Assembly: GCA_048937405.1 (NCBI GenBank)
Contig: JBHLNF010000009.1
Coordinates: forward strand, 128,001-192,000
Length of the DNA: 64,000 nt
Source of the DNA: Promethearchaeota archaeon
GTDB lineage: Archaea > Asgardarchaeota > Lokiarchaeia > Sigyniarchaeales > SOKP01
Direction: 5' to 3'
Shown: positions 20,381-31,167 of the stretch, one piece after another
Layout of the letters: each line of letters starts with the position of its first letter
Position numbering within the stretch: position 1 is the first letter of the stretch
Notes under the pieces: generated by a model
The model's database searches: none
What the model was told of the DNA's origin: nothing
The model's input: only the letters and a program-made list of their open reading frames with translations
Position numbers and translations under genes: made by a program

Positions 20381-20641
20381 TAATGGTTTTTTTAAATTGA
20401 AATTAATTCTATGATAGTCTAGATCCTACAATTTATAAACTTGATCTAGCAAATAAATACCAATTTTTCTTATTTTATTAGTTCAATATTCTTTTCTTTC
20501 TCTATTATCAAGCATTTAAATAAATTGCCTATATAGTCGTGTTGTATCAATATAGAAAAGAAAATATTATTAGCAATTATGTTCTAAACTTTATTAGAGT
20601 TAATCAAAAAATACCTTTTTGAATAACAAAGCGATAAGATC

Positions 20642-22063
20642 ATGGATTCTGAAACAGAAGAATTACTTATAAATATAGCAAATAAAGCACATTTAGATGA
20701 GGGTATCGAGGGAATTAGATCAATACTTCTAACTATGTATCGCTTTCCTTTTCTTAAAAATAAAAAAGTATCTCAAAAAACGGGAATTGCGATTCCCGCT
20801 CTTGCGGCTGTTAGAGGTGAATTAGTAAAAGCGGGTATAATTGCAGATAAAGTTTTTCTCGGAGAGAAGGGAAAGATATGGGTTACAAAGAATTTAAATT
20901 TAACTTTCGATTATGATCCTTTTCCTAATGGAATTAATTTTGATCTAGATGATATTCCAGAAGAATTTTTATATTTAAAAGAGATAGAAAGCCATCTAAA
21001 GGAACGACCAAGAGCAGAATATGCTCTTGATCAATCACATGCAAACTTAATGACGATTTTAAAAAGAACTTTCTATTTGATTAAAAAAGGTGATATTGAA
21101 GGAAGAAAAATAATTTTTCTCGGTGATGACGACGCAACTTCGATTGCAGTCGCGTTAACTGGATTAGCAAAAGAGATCACTGTTTTAGACATCGATGAGC
21201 GAATTTTAGATTTTCTTTCCAATGTAATTTTACAAAAATCATTGAAAAATTTTAATATTGTTCACCATGATTTAAGAAATCCAAGTCCTAAAGATATTCA
21301 AAATAATTATGATGTTGTTATAATGGATCCTCCTTATACAAATGAGGGATTACGTTTATTTTTAAAGAGGGCTAAAGAAGTGCTTAAATCATACATCAAT
21401 ATTAACGGAAAATTATATCCTATAAATGGAAAGAAATGTTTTCTATGTTTTGGAAATAAACCCCCGAATGATACATTAAAAGTACAATTATCAATATTAG
21501 ATCACGGATTTATTCTCAAGGAAATGATTCCTAATTTTAATCACTATATAGGTGCAAGTATTATAGGACAATTTAGCCATCTTTATTACTTACAAACATT
21601 AACAACTTCAAGTACTCCATTTAATTATAATTATGATTCACAACCACTCTACACTTCTGAATTAAAAAATGGAAGAAATATTTCTTTTCGACCCATTGGA
21701 TATCATTTCACAGGAGAAATGCGATTTAATTCTATTGATCTACTTATGGACAATAAAGCAATATTTCAAGCATTTCTAGAATCACTTACCTCAGCATATT
21801 TAGCAATTGTTGATATTTATAATCATAATTACTATCCTTTTGGATATAGTGTGGTTGCAATATTAGAAACAAGTCATGCTGCTGTTCATACTTGGCCAGA
21901 ACATGGATATGTCAGTATAGATTATTTTATATGTGATGAATTTCAGAAGGGAATAAAAGCTCTTAAGATATTAAAACAAATACTTAACCCAAAAAACGCC
22001 AAATTCTTTTATATTGAACGTGGTAAAGAATTAACCGAAAGTTATAATCCTATTGAAATTTAA
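20642..22063 (+). CDS. Branched-chain polyamine synthase BpsA-like domain fused to a C-terminal pyruvoyl S-adenosylmethionine decarboxylase domain
   Basis: FLGDDD, DIDERI, DLRNP, DPPYT (BpsA); GYSVVAILETSHAAVHTWPEHGYVSIDYFIC...ERG (AdoMetDC). Confidence 0.87.
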   Translation: MDSETEELLINIANKAHLDEGIEGIRSILLTMYRFPFLKNKKVSQKTGIAIPALAAVRGELVKAGIIADKVFLGEKGKIWVTKNLNLTFDYDPFPNGINFDLDDIPEEFLYLKEIESHLKERPRAEYALDQSHANLMTILKRTFYLIKKGDIEGRKIIFLGDDDATSIAVALTGLAKEITVLDIDERILDFLSNVILQKSLKNFNIVHHDLRNPSPKDIQNNYDVVIMDPPYTNEGLRLFLKRAKEVLKSYININGKLYPINGKKCFLCFGNKPPNDTLKVQLSILDHGFILKEMIPNFNHYIGASIIGQFSHLYYLQTLTTSSTPFNYNYDSQPLYTSELKNGRNISFRPIGYHFTGEMRFNSIDLLMDNKAIFQAFLESLTSAYLAIVDIYNHNYYPFGYSVVAILETSHAAVHTWPEHGYVSIDYFICDEFQKGIKALKILKQILNPKNAKFFYIERGKELTESYNPIEI

Positions 22064-22132
22064 GGTTAAAGAAATAAAATTTATATTTAAGAATTAAAAA
22101 TTTTATTAGAACTCTTCAAATTTGATTTTAAA

Positions 22133-22960
22133 TTAAAGATCCTCTAATCCTTTTATATTAAGTGGTGATCGTGGAGTCGTTCTGAGATATTTTACAGCAG
22201 GATAGCCTAAGATGAATGCTCCAAGAACATGCCCTTCTATTCCTAAAATATCCAGAATTCCCGGATTTCCCGCAATTGAGCCTTGAAGTCCTCCCATCCA
22301 GCAAGTTCCTAATCCGAGACTTTCAGCCGCTAGCATACCATAAGTTATTGCTATTCCTGTATCATTTCCCCTTAAAGTCAGTAAAGTCATGTTTTTTTGA
22401 ACTGTTTCGTAATATAGTACTATTAAATGTGGTGCTCCGAAAAAAACAGGATCTCTGTTTATTGATTTATAATATTCTATCGCTTTTTCAGCGGATTCAA
22501 ATCCCCCATATAAATAAGTAGTTTTTAATACTTCAGTACTCAACTTACTTAATTTTTCTTGGTCAGAAATAATAAGATAGCGCCACATTCGATTATTAGC
22601 TCCACTGGGAGCATATCTCATTGCTTCAAAGACTTTATTTATTAATTCTTTAGGAACCTTTTTCTTCTTATAACGTCTGACTGAACGTTTTGCTCGTAAT
22701 AATTGAAAAAGTTTATCATATTCTAGAAGTGTTTCAGGCGTATCAATTCCAGGATAAACGTCAATATCATCCATATCCTTGGTTAGAATAGCATTTTCAG
22801 GACAAATCGCTATACAATGTCCACACATAATACACGGTAACATCTTCTCATTAAATCCAATATCCCCATTTTCCATGACGTAAAAAGGAGGACGTCTACA
22901 TTCTTGTAAGCAAAGTTTACACTTTGTACACTTTTCTTGATTTATACCTATTATTGACAT
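22133..22960 (-). CDS. Nitroreductase family protein with N-terminal ferredoxin
   Basis: Two CxxCxxC motifs; KRSVRRY; APSGAN; LGLGTCW. Confidence 0.9.
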   Translation of the reverse strand: MSIIGINQEKCTKCKLCLQECRRPPFYVMENGDIGFNEKMLPCIMCGHCIAICPENAILTKDMDDIDVYPGIDTPETLLEYDKLFQLLRAKRSVRRYKKKKVPKELINKVFEAMRYAPSGANNRMWRYLIISDQEKLSKLSTEVLKTTYLYGGFESAEKAIEYYKSINRDPVFFGAPHLIVLYYETVQKNMTLLTLRGNDTGIAITYGMLAAESLGLGTCWMGGLQGSIAGNPGILDILGIEGHVLGAFILGYPAVKYLRTTPRSPLNIKGLEDL

Positions 22961-23183
22961 TTTGTTAACCTTTTTTTTTAGTTATTAAATTAATAATTTA
23001 TTAAAAGGTTGTACTCTGATGATGTTAGTTATTAAGAATTAATTATCATTATCAAAAATATTACTCCAAAAAAGATTCTCCTGTTTAAAATTTCTTTTAT
23101 TATTTTTTATAGTCTAATTCACTATCTTTTTTTCTATTTCGATAAAAAAATTTACAAACATTTATATATGAAAATGAATATTT

Positions 23184-23231
23184 TTTTTACAGTAAAAATT
23201 TTTACAGTAAAAGAAATTTTTACTAATAAAA
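23184..23231. promoter_or_regulatory. Tandem palindromic operators TTTTTAC-A-GTAAAAA upstream of the ArsR-type gene
   Basis: Copies at 23184-23198 (perfect), 23199-23213 and 23217-23231 (degenerate), lying between the TATA (23161) and the start codon. Confidence 0.7.
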
Positions 23232-23234
23232 TAA

Positions 23235-23660
23235 GTGAGTTTTATGGCAAAAAAAGAAGAGAAGAAAAAGAAAAAACCAATGTTTGATAAAGTGGGACTT
23301 GTTTTTAGGAGTCCTGTAAGGGCAGATATTTTAAGGGAATTAGCTGAAAATCCTCAACGACCTACAGAAATTGCCGAAAATATAGGGCTTCAAAAACAAA
23401 ATATTAATTATCATTTAAATGCTTTAAAACGGGGAGGTATAGTAAAAGTTCGGAAAGAGGAATATCCCGAAGCAGAAATCCCAAAAGGAAAAGGTAAAAG
23501 GATTAATGGAGTAAGTAAAAACGGAAAGGTAAAAGTAGTTCAAGGAGTAGAACTTACTAAAAATGGTAAAGATATTGTAAATAAGTTTATAAGTCCACTT
23601 TATGAGGATAATTTGCCAAAAAAAAACGAACGTATAAAAGAAAAAAAGGAGGATGAATAA
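23235..23660 (+). CDS. ArsR-type winged-helix regulator
   Basis: SPVRADILREL..PTEIAENIGLQKQNINYHLNALKRGGIV. Confidence 0.85.
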   Translation: MSFMAKKEEKKKKKPMFDKVGLVFRSPVRADILRELAENPQRPTEIAENIGLQKQNINYHLNALKRGGIVKVRKEEYPEAEIPKGKGKRINGVSKNGKVKVVQGVELTKNGKDIVNKFISPLYEDNLPKKNERIKEKKEDE

Positions 23661-23662
23661 GT

Positions 23663-24697
23663 TTGAAAAATGAAGTTATAAAAATTGTTAAAACCATATT
23701 TGAAAATCCACTAAGCTATCTTAAATTTGATATACCTCAAGTTTATAAAAATATGACAGTTATCCCCATCATTGTTCAAGATGATAAATTTATTGAATTT
23801 ATTAATATCAAAGAAGCAGAAGAACTAGAATTAATCGAAATTGTTGAAACAGAATCGGTTGGTCAATTGGAAGTTAAAAATAAAAGTGATACACAAGTAT
23901 TAATTCCATTTGGAATGACGGTTCATGGGGGAAAACAAGATAGAACCATATGGGAGCCTATTTTATTACCTGTAGGAGGAAAACAAAAGATAGTTAGTAA
24001 GAATCCAGGAACTGTTAAAGAAAAATACACAATCCCTGCTAAATGTGTGGAACAATCAAGATGGAATTATAAAAAAAATCCAGGTTTTAAATCATCAAAT
24101 ACAAGACTACATCCTAATGTTGCTTATGAAGCTATTTCAGCGGCTGGGCAAAATGCAGTATGGAATGAGATTCAATCACATAGATATGAAATGAATTACC
24201 TCCCATCTATTGCTCCTACTCAAAGTTACCTTGAAATGACAAAAGAATCTGAAAAACAAACAGGAGATCTTATTAAGCATTTTATTAATATAGAAAATCA
24301 ATGTGGAATTGCAGTGTTTATTAATGGAGAATTTATTGGCATAGAGTTTTATGCAAATCCTAATGCATGGAAAACAATGAGTAAAGATATTCTCACAGCT
24401 TTTTCCATTGAAGCATTAAGATTTATGGATAAACCTAAAAAAAGGGTTACTGAGTTTCATGATGAACTTCTAAAATTTTTACCAAAATTAAGTTTCGAAT
24501 ACACTACTAGAGAAGGAATAGCTCTTGGAAATGTAGTAGAATTTAGTTCTACGGATAATAAATGGCGCGGAATTACACTAGTACATGATAAAAATATGGC
24601 ACAATTTTACTTGGTTTCAAAACGAGGTGGTTATCAAGAGAAACCTCGTTCCAATATTCAATTCCAAACCGTAATTGATCAAAGATATCAAGTTTAA
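23663..24697 (+). CDS. ARPP-1/DUF6569-like protein
   Basis: GGKQDR, CVEQSRW, QNAVWNEI, QCGIAVFING motifs. Confidence 0.75.
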   Translation: MKNEVIKIVKTIFENPLSYLKFDIPQVYKNMTVIPIIVQDDKFIEFINIKEAEELELIEIVETESVGQLEVKNKSDTQVLIPFGMTVHGGKQDRTIWEPILLPVGGKQKIVSKNPGTVKEKYTIPAKCVEQSRWNYKKNPGFKSSNTRLHPNVAYEAISAAGQNAVWNEIQSHRYEMNYLPSIAPTQSYLEMTKESEKQTGDLIKHFINIENQCGIAVFINGEFIGIEFYANPNAWKTMSKDILTAFSIEALRFMDKPKKRVTEFHDELLKFLPKLSFEYTTREGIALGNVVEFSSTDNKWRGITLVHDKNMAQFYLVSKRGGYQEKPRSNIQFQTVIDQRYQV

Positions 24698-24902
24698 GCA
24701 AAAATCTAAATTATATTACTTTTTTTTTATATCTTGTTTTTCGTTATGTTGATACAGAATCAAAAAACTTTAAGAATTAATAAAAAAGCTGTGTTGTATA
24801 CAATATTTGTATACTTTAAAAATGGTATAGAATAAATTAAAATTAAACTTATCAAACACTATAAATTAAAGTAGAAATATTCTATTAAAAAATTGAATTT
24901 AT

Positions 24903-26276
24903 ATGGTATATTTTCAGATTAGTCCTGTAGGATTTGATTGTGGAATAAATAAAGACGAATGTCAAAGATATCCAGATTTCTGTAAAGAGTGTGTAGAAGA
25001 ACAGCTTCATAAAATTGGTTTATACCTAGATCAAAATTTAAAGATTACAATGATTGATTCAGAAGAAAAACGTATCAAGGTATTTAAGGATTTAATCTGG
25101 CAAACCTTTTTAGATGTTCTAAACATTAAACACATTATATTAATGACAAAAGATTCAGGATTACCAATAATAGATTATCCACTTTCAGGTGCTGGTATAA
25201 ATATTGAATTATTATTAGGATTTATACAAGCAAATATAACTTTTTCTGAAACAGGGACGACAATTAATGATAATTCCAAAAGTGGAAAAGATAATCCCTT
25301 TTATGAGTTTCATTATGAGACTTTCAATATTTTACTAAAAAACAGAGAACAAATTAGGATTTGTTTAGTTTTAGATCATAAGGCTTCTGATAGTCTGAAA
25401 AATCTTGTTATTGAGTTTTTAAATGAATATGAGTCAAGATATTTTGATAAATTAGAGAGATTTATTAATACCAAGAAGCTTGAATTCGAAGATACAATTG
25501 ATTTCATAATTGACACTTTCAATATTAAATTGGTCTTTCCTATGACTCTAACCCATACATTTTTACCAAATACATTAGAAGCAATCAAAAAAAATCCTAT
25601 ACAAAAAGCTATAATCGATTTTGCTAAACAATTATTAGCTTCAAAGCACTTCTTTTTTATTATCAATTTAATTGATGAAGTTCAAAAAATTGTACATATT
25701 GAGGCTAAAAATATACTTTACGAGATATATCAACTTTTAGAACAAAATAGTATATATCCAACGACAATTGAGATAGCTGAAGATAAGGTTCTGAAATTTC
25801 ATGAATCAAATGCAACACGATTAGCCAGTAATGAGCTTATTTCTCCAATTATTGCTAATGATGATGCTATTAATGAACTGAAAAAAAAAGCTCAATCAAT
25901 GAGTGAGGAAGAAGTTAGAAAGGCAATATCTGCTTATATTAAAAAAGCTCAAACTGCTGAAAAATCTTTAATATACAAGGAAGCTCTACGAGAATATGAG
26001 AGAGCTTTATATTTAGCAACTGGTTTTGATTTTAAGGAAGAAATTGGGCGAATATCATTTTCCGTCTTAGAACTTGATAAAAAGATTAAAGAAATGGATC
26101 TTGAATATGCCTTGATTGCTGCTGAAAAAGCTGAAAAAAAGAAAGACTATATAAATGCTATTAATTACTATAAACAAGGATTAAAGATTCTTAGAGATGT
26201 CCAAGATTTCAATGGAAATGAAAATCGAATTAAAAAATTAGAAAAAAAGATTTTAAACCTCCAAAAGCATTTGTGA
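24903..26276 (+). CDS. Soluble protein: Cys cluster + longin-like domain + wHTH + TPR/MIT-like helices
   Basis: C..C..CxxC N-terminus; NIKHIILMTKDSGL..LLGFIQA; C-terminal AEK..Y..A..Y..A repeats. Confidence 0.7.
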   Translation: MVYFQISPVGFDCGINKDECQRYPDFCKECVEEQLHKIGLYLDQNLKITMIDSEEKRIKVFKDLIWQTFLDVLNIKHIILMTKDSGLPIIDYPLSGAGINIELLLGFIQANITFSETGTTINDNSKSGKDNPFYEFHYETFNILLKNREQIRICLVLDHKASDSLKNLVIEFLNEYESRYFDKLERFINTKKLEFEDTIDFIIDTFNIKLVFPMTLTHTFLPNTLEAIKKNPIQKAIIDFAKQLLASKHFFFIINLIDEVQKIVHIEAKNILYEIYQLLEQNSIYPTTIEIAEDKVLKFHESNATRLASNELISPIIANDDAINELKKKAQSMSEEEVRKAISAYIKKAQTAEKSLIYKEALREYERALYLATGFDFKEEIGRISFSVLELDKKIKEMDLEYALIAAEKAEKKKDYINAINYYKQGLKILRDVQDFNGNENRIKKLEKKILNLQKHL

Positions 26277-26355
26277 TGTGAAATTACTTAATATAACTTA
26301 TTAAAACTTTCTTGCTGGTTTATAGGATAATTATTTTCTCCGGATAGACGTGAGT

Positions 26356-29300
26356 TTAAGTCGAAGGCACTATCATTTTTTTTTCTAGAATTGATTCAAG
26401 AGCGTCTATTACTAAATCTTTATTCTTTTCATCAACCAGTTCTACTACGTCTGGTAAATAAAATTTTTGTTTGCCTTTAGATATTGAATAAATGACATTT
26501 AAAAGACGATTTTGCATTTTACTTAATTCAGCTTCTTCTTTAACTTTTGCAATATGTTGGGGGCTGTTTAATTGGTATAATTCTTTATAAGGTAAGTCAA
26601 AATATTCCTCAATAATTGAAGGCATTATTTTTTCAAATTTCGCAATATTTCCAGTCCAATTCGCTAAATCTTCTGAAAACTTTAAATCAGTTGCTAATAA
26701 AAGATTTTCTAATTGACTTACAAATCTTTCAGAAGCTTTATCTTTTAGAATGAAAATTGCTCGTAATTCTTTATAATCACCTATAAGAAATTGGAATTGG
26801 TTGAAATCAAGTTCAATTAGATTTTCAATATTTTTCGCTGTTCTTAATTTAGTATCTTCTTTTATTATTACATCTTTTCTTACAATTTCTTTACTGATAG
26901 TTGTGATTGCATGAATGAATCCAGAAAGTAATTCTTTTCTGTACTTTTCTAAGGCATAATAACTCTTTAAATATAAGTATAGACCACTTTCCCTTTGAGC
27001 AACTAAAATTGCTTCAATATTCATGAGATCTTTATATTTCTGAGTTCTTTCTAATAATTTTGATTGAAATTCTCTTTTTTTTGGTAAAATTATATAATGT
27101 CTTATACCTATAATGCTTAATATACCAACAAGAACAAATATGCCAGCAAATAATATCCAAGTTAAATAATTTGGACCTGGTTCTTTAGAGACAATGATAA
27201 TAAATGAAGTTTTAGTAGTCTTATATATATCTCCCTCAATAAATATATTAAGTGTCAATGTGTAAGTTCCTTCTTTAGTATTTTCTGGTATACTTATTTT
27301 TGCTTCATATGTTCCATTACCAGTATATTGAAATTCATTCAAATTATATTGCAAATCATAATAAGAAACATTTGCATTTTCAATAATATTTCTAGTATTA
27401 TATTCAGTAAGTTTAATAATAAGATCAGTAGATTTACCTGCAAATATTTCAAGTGAATTGTTAAAGCTAATTGTTTTAATATTAATCTCTATTTGCTGAA
27501 CTGTTATTGTAACATCACTAGAAAATTTGAAATAGTTTTCCTTTTCAGCAGTAACTATGAAATGGTGAATTCCAATAGATAATTCGCCCGGATTGAAAAT
27601 TCTAGAGTATTGCGGAATATTGTGATATAACGATTCAGAAGTATTTGAGTCATTTACCAGAACTGTAGCACCATCAATATAACTTTTTGTCATAAAATCT
27701 ATATAGCGAACTGTAATGTTTAAAGATTCATTCCAGACTATTGATATGGATCTGTCAGATGTTTTTTCAATCTGATTCAAAAAAATTTCCAAAGATGTAG
27801 ATTTTGGTAATATATTTACATTAACATTTTTAAAAGCAGTTTCATATCCAGGATGATCTACTTGAATTAGTAAAGTGTAAACATCTAACGATAAGCCTTC
27901 TGTTGAACATTCTACAATAAAACCGCTAGGCGTTAGTTCAACATCATAAAATGAAGACCATGTTATATTTAATATAGCTTCTGTAATTATTTCACTTGAA
28001 CTTTCAACCATATAATTCACTTCTAAAGAAAAATTCTCAGTAGAATGAACATCAATAAAAGATTTATTCACATTTACTATTGTAGGAATTGGATGGACTG
28101 TTAATGAAATATAAGCAGATGTCGAGCCATAATTAGTTTTATTTGCAAATACTTGAATTGTGAAAGTTTCAAGAGTACCTTGAGTAGGTACATCATAAGT
28201 TGAAAAATTGAGAATATATGTACCTTCGATAGTATCATTTAATATTTCGTATGGTTTATGCCAATCAGTTGAAATATTGGTTTTTCCAGGTATTAAAGTA
28301 TGTGTAAGTGCTCCAGTTACATTTACATTACAGATTGCATAATCGTTTGAATTAGCATTTATTACTGTACTAGGGACTTCTAATGCAAGTGGTTGTTCAA
28401 TTATTACTAAGACAATTAAGTTATTAACAGATTGATTCTCAAAATAGATTTTTGAAGCATTAAAAGAGAAAAAGTAAGACCCTATCGCTAAACTACTTGT
28501 ATCCACTTCTGCTGCGTAAATACCCGATCCAAGATAAGCCATTGTTCCAGAAATTCCACCATGTAATGTTCCATTATAAGTTACTGTTGCATAGTCAATA
28601 TATGTATTACAATCATAATCAGTGAAATTAACTTTTATTAAAAGTGGATCTCCGGATATACGCTCTATATATGAATCTACAGCTACCAGATTAGTATGAT
28701 GCCATACAATGAAATTAAAATTTGAGTATCCTACTTTATCCCTATCGATATATGATTGATTATTTGTCCATAATAGATTCACTTCATAACTGCCAATGGT
28801 CATGTTTTTTCCAACCGTAAAATCACCAAATAGAACTTCATATGAGGTTAACTCTTTGTTAGTACTCCAATATATAGTTCCATTAGGAAATTTGATGGTA
28901 CAGTTTACATAGGTATTTTCATAAGGTATTGTATCGTTTAATGTCATATTAATTTGAAAAATATCCCCTAAAGTAATGTTTGATTGTTGGATATAATGAG
29001 TTTCATTCCAAACATTAATTCCACCTTGAGTAATATAATTTCTGCTAACCGCTCTGATTTCCCATAATCCTGACGCTAATACCCCCACCGGTATTTTTAA
29101 AGTTTCAGATCCAATCCCAATACCTATACAACTATCGTTTTTTTCCACATCATATCCATCTAATATAGAAGTAATATCCCAATCACTGGGTTTTTTGATT
29201 TCAACCCAATTATTTAAATAGCCATACGGAATAGAAAAAGAGCAATCAGTTTTCCAATTAATCTGATTATCAATTTCATAAAAAGATCCATCTAATCCTC

Positions 29301-30366
29301 CGATAGTTGAATTAAAAGTTTTAACAGCCACCGAGCTAATTGTTATATTATAAATTTTCAATTCTTCGGTGATTGTGTCATTTTTCGAGATTGTGAATAT
29401 AACATCACTAGTTTGAGTTCGACTTCTTTCAACATCAATAAAGGCTACACCCTTACCAGAAGTAATATTTTGATAGGAATAATTCATATTAAATTCAACA
29501 TCTTTAGCTATGATTAAGTTCGGTATGTTAGATTCAGTCCATACATTAAATTCGATATCATCAAAATATATTTTTTGATCTTTACTTGGCGGAGTAGCAC
29601 CAATATCACTTTCTACATTAAGACCTACCCTTATTGTCACATTTTCAGGCAATTGTTGATCATAATTAGAAAGATCATAAGTAACTTTCATTTCAGTCCA
29701 AAAACCTGGTGCTAAATTATATAGAATTTCAGATTTGTTTATCTCATTTTCTCCTATCATAATTGAAATAAACGTACTTATATCATCGGAAGGGTTGAAT
29801 AATTGGGATTCCATATAATAATACATGGAAAGACTTGCTAAGGTATTTGTGACAGAATTTTCTGAAATAGTTAAATTTTCTTCAAAATAACTAATATCTC
29901 CTTTAGAAAAACTTTGACCTTTTTTAATTGTGATTCCTACACATTGTTCCTCATCAATTGTTTGCCAAGGTTCTTCAACAAAATTAGAATTGTTTGTGTA
30001 ATATTCCCATGGGTTTTTACTTGAAGGGAAAGTACCATTGATGACCCTCTGCTTATAATGTGATACTCCATCATAATTTATTGTTACATTTTTAGAAATC
30101 CAGTCTTCCAATAAGGTGAAACTAATATTTTCTGGTAAAGACGTAGGGAAAATTGTATTAGAGATTGTGGCATGTTGAGAAATTAATAATGGTTTAGAAT
30201 TAGGTCCGTTTGAAGAGAGTTTGGGATTGTCAAAATCATTCAAATTGGTAAATAAATTTTCATTTGAATCTGGATTGAAATTAAAAATATAAATAAAAAT
30301 AGAAATACACAACAAACACGATAACACAATTCCAACTTTTCTTGCTTTTTTATAAATAATAATCAA
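26356..30366 (-). CDS. Large single-pass surface protein with beta-rich extracellular region and cytoplasmic longin-like/wHTH domain
   Basis: N-terminal hydrophobic signal/anchor, many NxS/T sequons, TM LTWILFAGIFVLVGILSIIGI, then NIEAILVAQRESGL..LLSGFIHAI. Confidence 0.8.
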   Translation of the reverse strand: MIIIYKKARKVGIVLSCLLCISIFIYIFNFNPDSNENLFTNLNDFDNPKLSSNGPNSKPLLISQHATISNTIFPTSLPENISFTLLEDWISKNVTINYDGVSHYKQRVINGTFPSSKNPWEYYTNNSNFVEEPWQTIDEEQCVGITIKKGQSFSKGDISYFEENLTISENSVTNTLASLSMYYYMESQLFNPSDDISTFISIMIGENEINKSEILYNLAPGFWTEMKVTYDLSNYDQQLPENVTIRVGLNVESDIGATPPSKDQKIYFDDIEFNVWTESNIPNLIIAKDVEFNMNYSYQNITSGKGVAFIDVERSRTQTSDVIFTISKNDTITEELKIYNITISSVAVKTFNSTIGGLDGSFYEIDNQINWKTDCSFSIPYGYLNNWVEIKKPSDWDITSILDGYDVEKNDSCIGIGIGSETLKIPVGVLASGLWEIRAVSRNYITQGGINVWNETHYIQQSNITLGDIFQINMTLNDTIPYENTYVNCTIKFPNGTIYWSTNKELTSYEVLFGDFTVGKNMTIGSYEVNLLWTNNQSYIDRDKVGYSNFNFIVWHHTNLVAVDSYIERISGDPLLIKVNFTDYDCNTYIDYATVTYNGTLHGGISGTMAYLGSGIYAAEVDTSSLAIGSYFFSFNASKIYFENQSVNNLIVLVIIEQPLALEVPSTVINANSNDYAICNVNVTGALTHTLIPGKTNISTDWHKPYEILNDTIEGTYILNFSTYDVPTQGTLETFTIQVFANKTNYGSTSAYISLTVHPIPTIVNVNKSFIDVHSTENFSLEVNYMVESSSEIITEAILNITWSSFYDVELTPSGFIVECSTEGLSLDVYTLLIQVDHPGYETAFKNVNVNILPKSTSLEIFLNQIEKTSDRSISIVWNESLNITVRYIDFMTKSYIDGATVLVNDSNTSESLYHNIPQYSRIFNPGELSIGIHHFIVTAEKENYFKFSSDVTITVQQIEINIKTISFNNSLEIFAGKSTDLIIKLTEYNTRNIIENANVSYYDLQYNLNEFQYTGNGTYEAKISIPENTKEGTYTLTLNIFIEGDIYKTTKTSFIIIVSKEPGPNYLTWILFAGIFVLVGILSIIGIRHYIILPKKREFQSKLLERTQKYKDLMNIEAILVAQRESGLYLYLKSYYALEKYRKELLSGFIHAITTISKEIVRKDVIIKEDTKLRTAKNIENLIELDFNQFQFLIGDYKELRAIFILKDKASERFVSQLENLLLATDLKFSEDLANWTGNIAKFEKIMPSIIEEYFDLPYKELYQLNSPQHIAKVKEEAELSKMQNRLLNVIYSISKGKQKFYLPDVVELVDEKNKDLVIDALESILEKKMIVPST

Positions 30367-30571
30367 CTCTTAAGCTTAATTCTTTAATAATCTTAACCTG
30401 CTTAATTTATTAACTTTAAATCAATTATACCTATACAAATAATTAAATTTTCAAATTATAAATTATATGTTTCTTTGATATCCTATTATTCTACTGAAAA
30501 AAATTACTTTTTTCTTTGTAACTAAAAACCCTAAAATACCTCAGATACTAACTATACAAATTAGTTAACAG

Positions 30572-31165
30572 TTAAAAATTTTTTGATATTAATTTTTGAC
30601 CTTCACTAAGAGCTTTTAGATTCAGTTCTAATCCTTTTCCTAAGAAATATTCCTTTAATGAATTTTCAACTATTTCTCTTTTTATTGGTAAGAATTTTAA
30701 AATATAACCCAAAATAACAATATTCATCGTTTGTAAGTTTCCAAGAGAGTCTACAGCAATTTCATGAGCAGGAATAAAATAAATATTATTTGAATTTTCA
30801 TACAAAGTATCTAATAAATACTCTAATGAGGGATAGTCTTTATCAACCTCATGCTTCTCATAAGTACAGATTATTAAATTAGTACTTTTATCTGTTTTAG
30901 CAAAATTCAAAACGTCCAATATAGTACATTCTTCTAAAGCTAATATCATATCTGCTGTTCCTATCATTGGTATTGGAGCAAGAAGTTTATTTCCAAAACT
31001 AAGAAAACAAGTTACTTTTCCCCCTCTCTGACTAAGACCATGAGTTTCAGACGTAATGACTTTATATCCCTCAATTCTTAAAGCATTCCCTAAAATTTGT
31101 AATAAACTGACTAATCCTTGACCCCCTAAACCAGTAAGCACTATCCTATAACTGTGAATCTTCAT
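30572..31165 (-). CDS. iorB: Indolepyruvate:ferredoxin oxidoreductase beta subunit
   Basis: GLGGQG, ETHGLSQRGG; follows iorA. Confidence 0.88.
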   Translation of the reverse strand: MKIHSYRIVLTGLGGQGLVSLLQILGNALRIEGYKVITSETHGLSQRGGKVTCFLSFGNKLLAPIPMIGTADMILALEECTILDVLNFAKTDKSTNLIICTYEKHEVDKDYPSLEYLLDTLYENSNNIYFIPAHEIAVDSLGNLQTMNIVILGYILKFLPIKREIVENSLKEYFLGKGLELNLKALSEGQKLISKNF

Positions 31166-31167
31166 TT

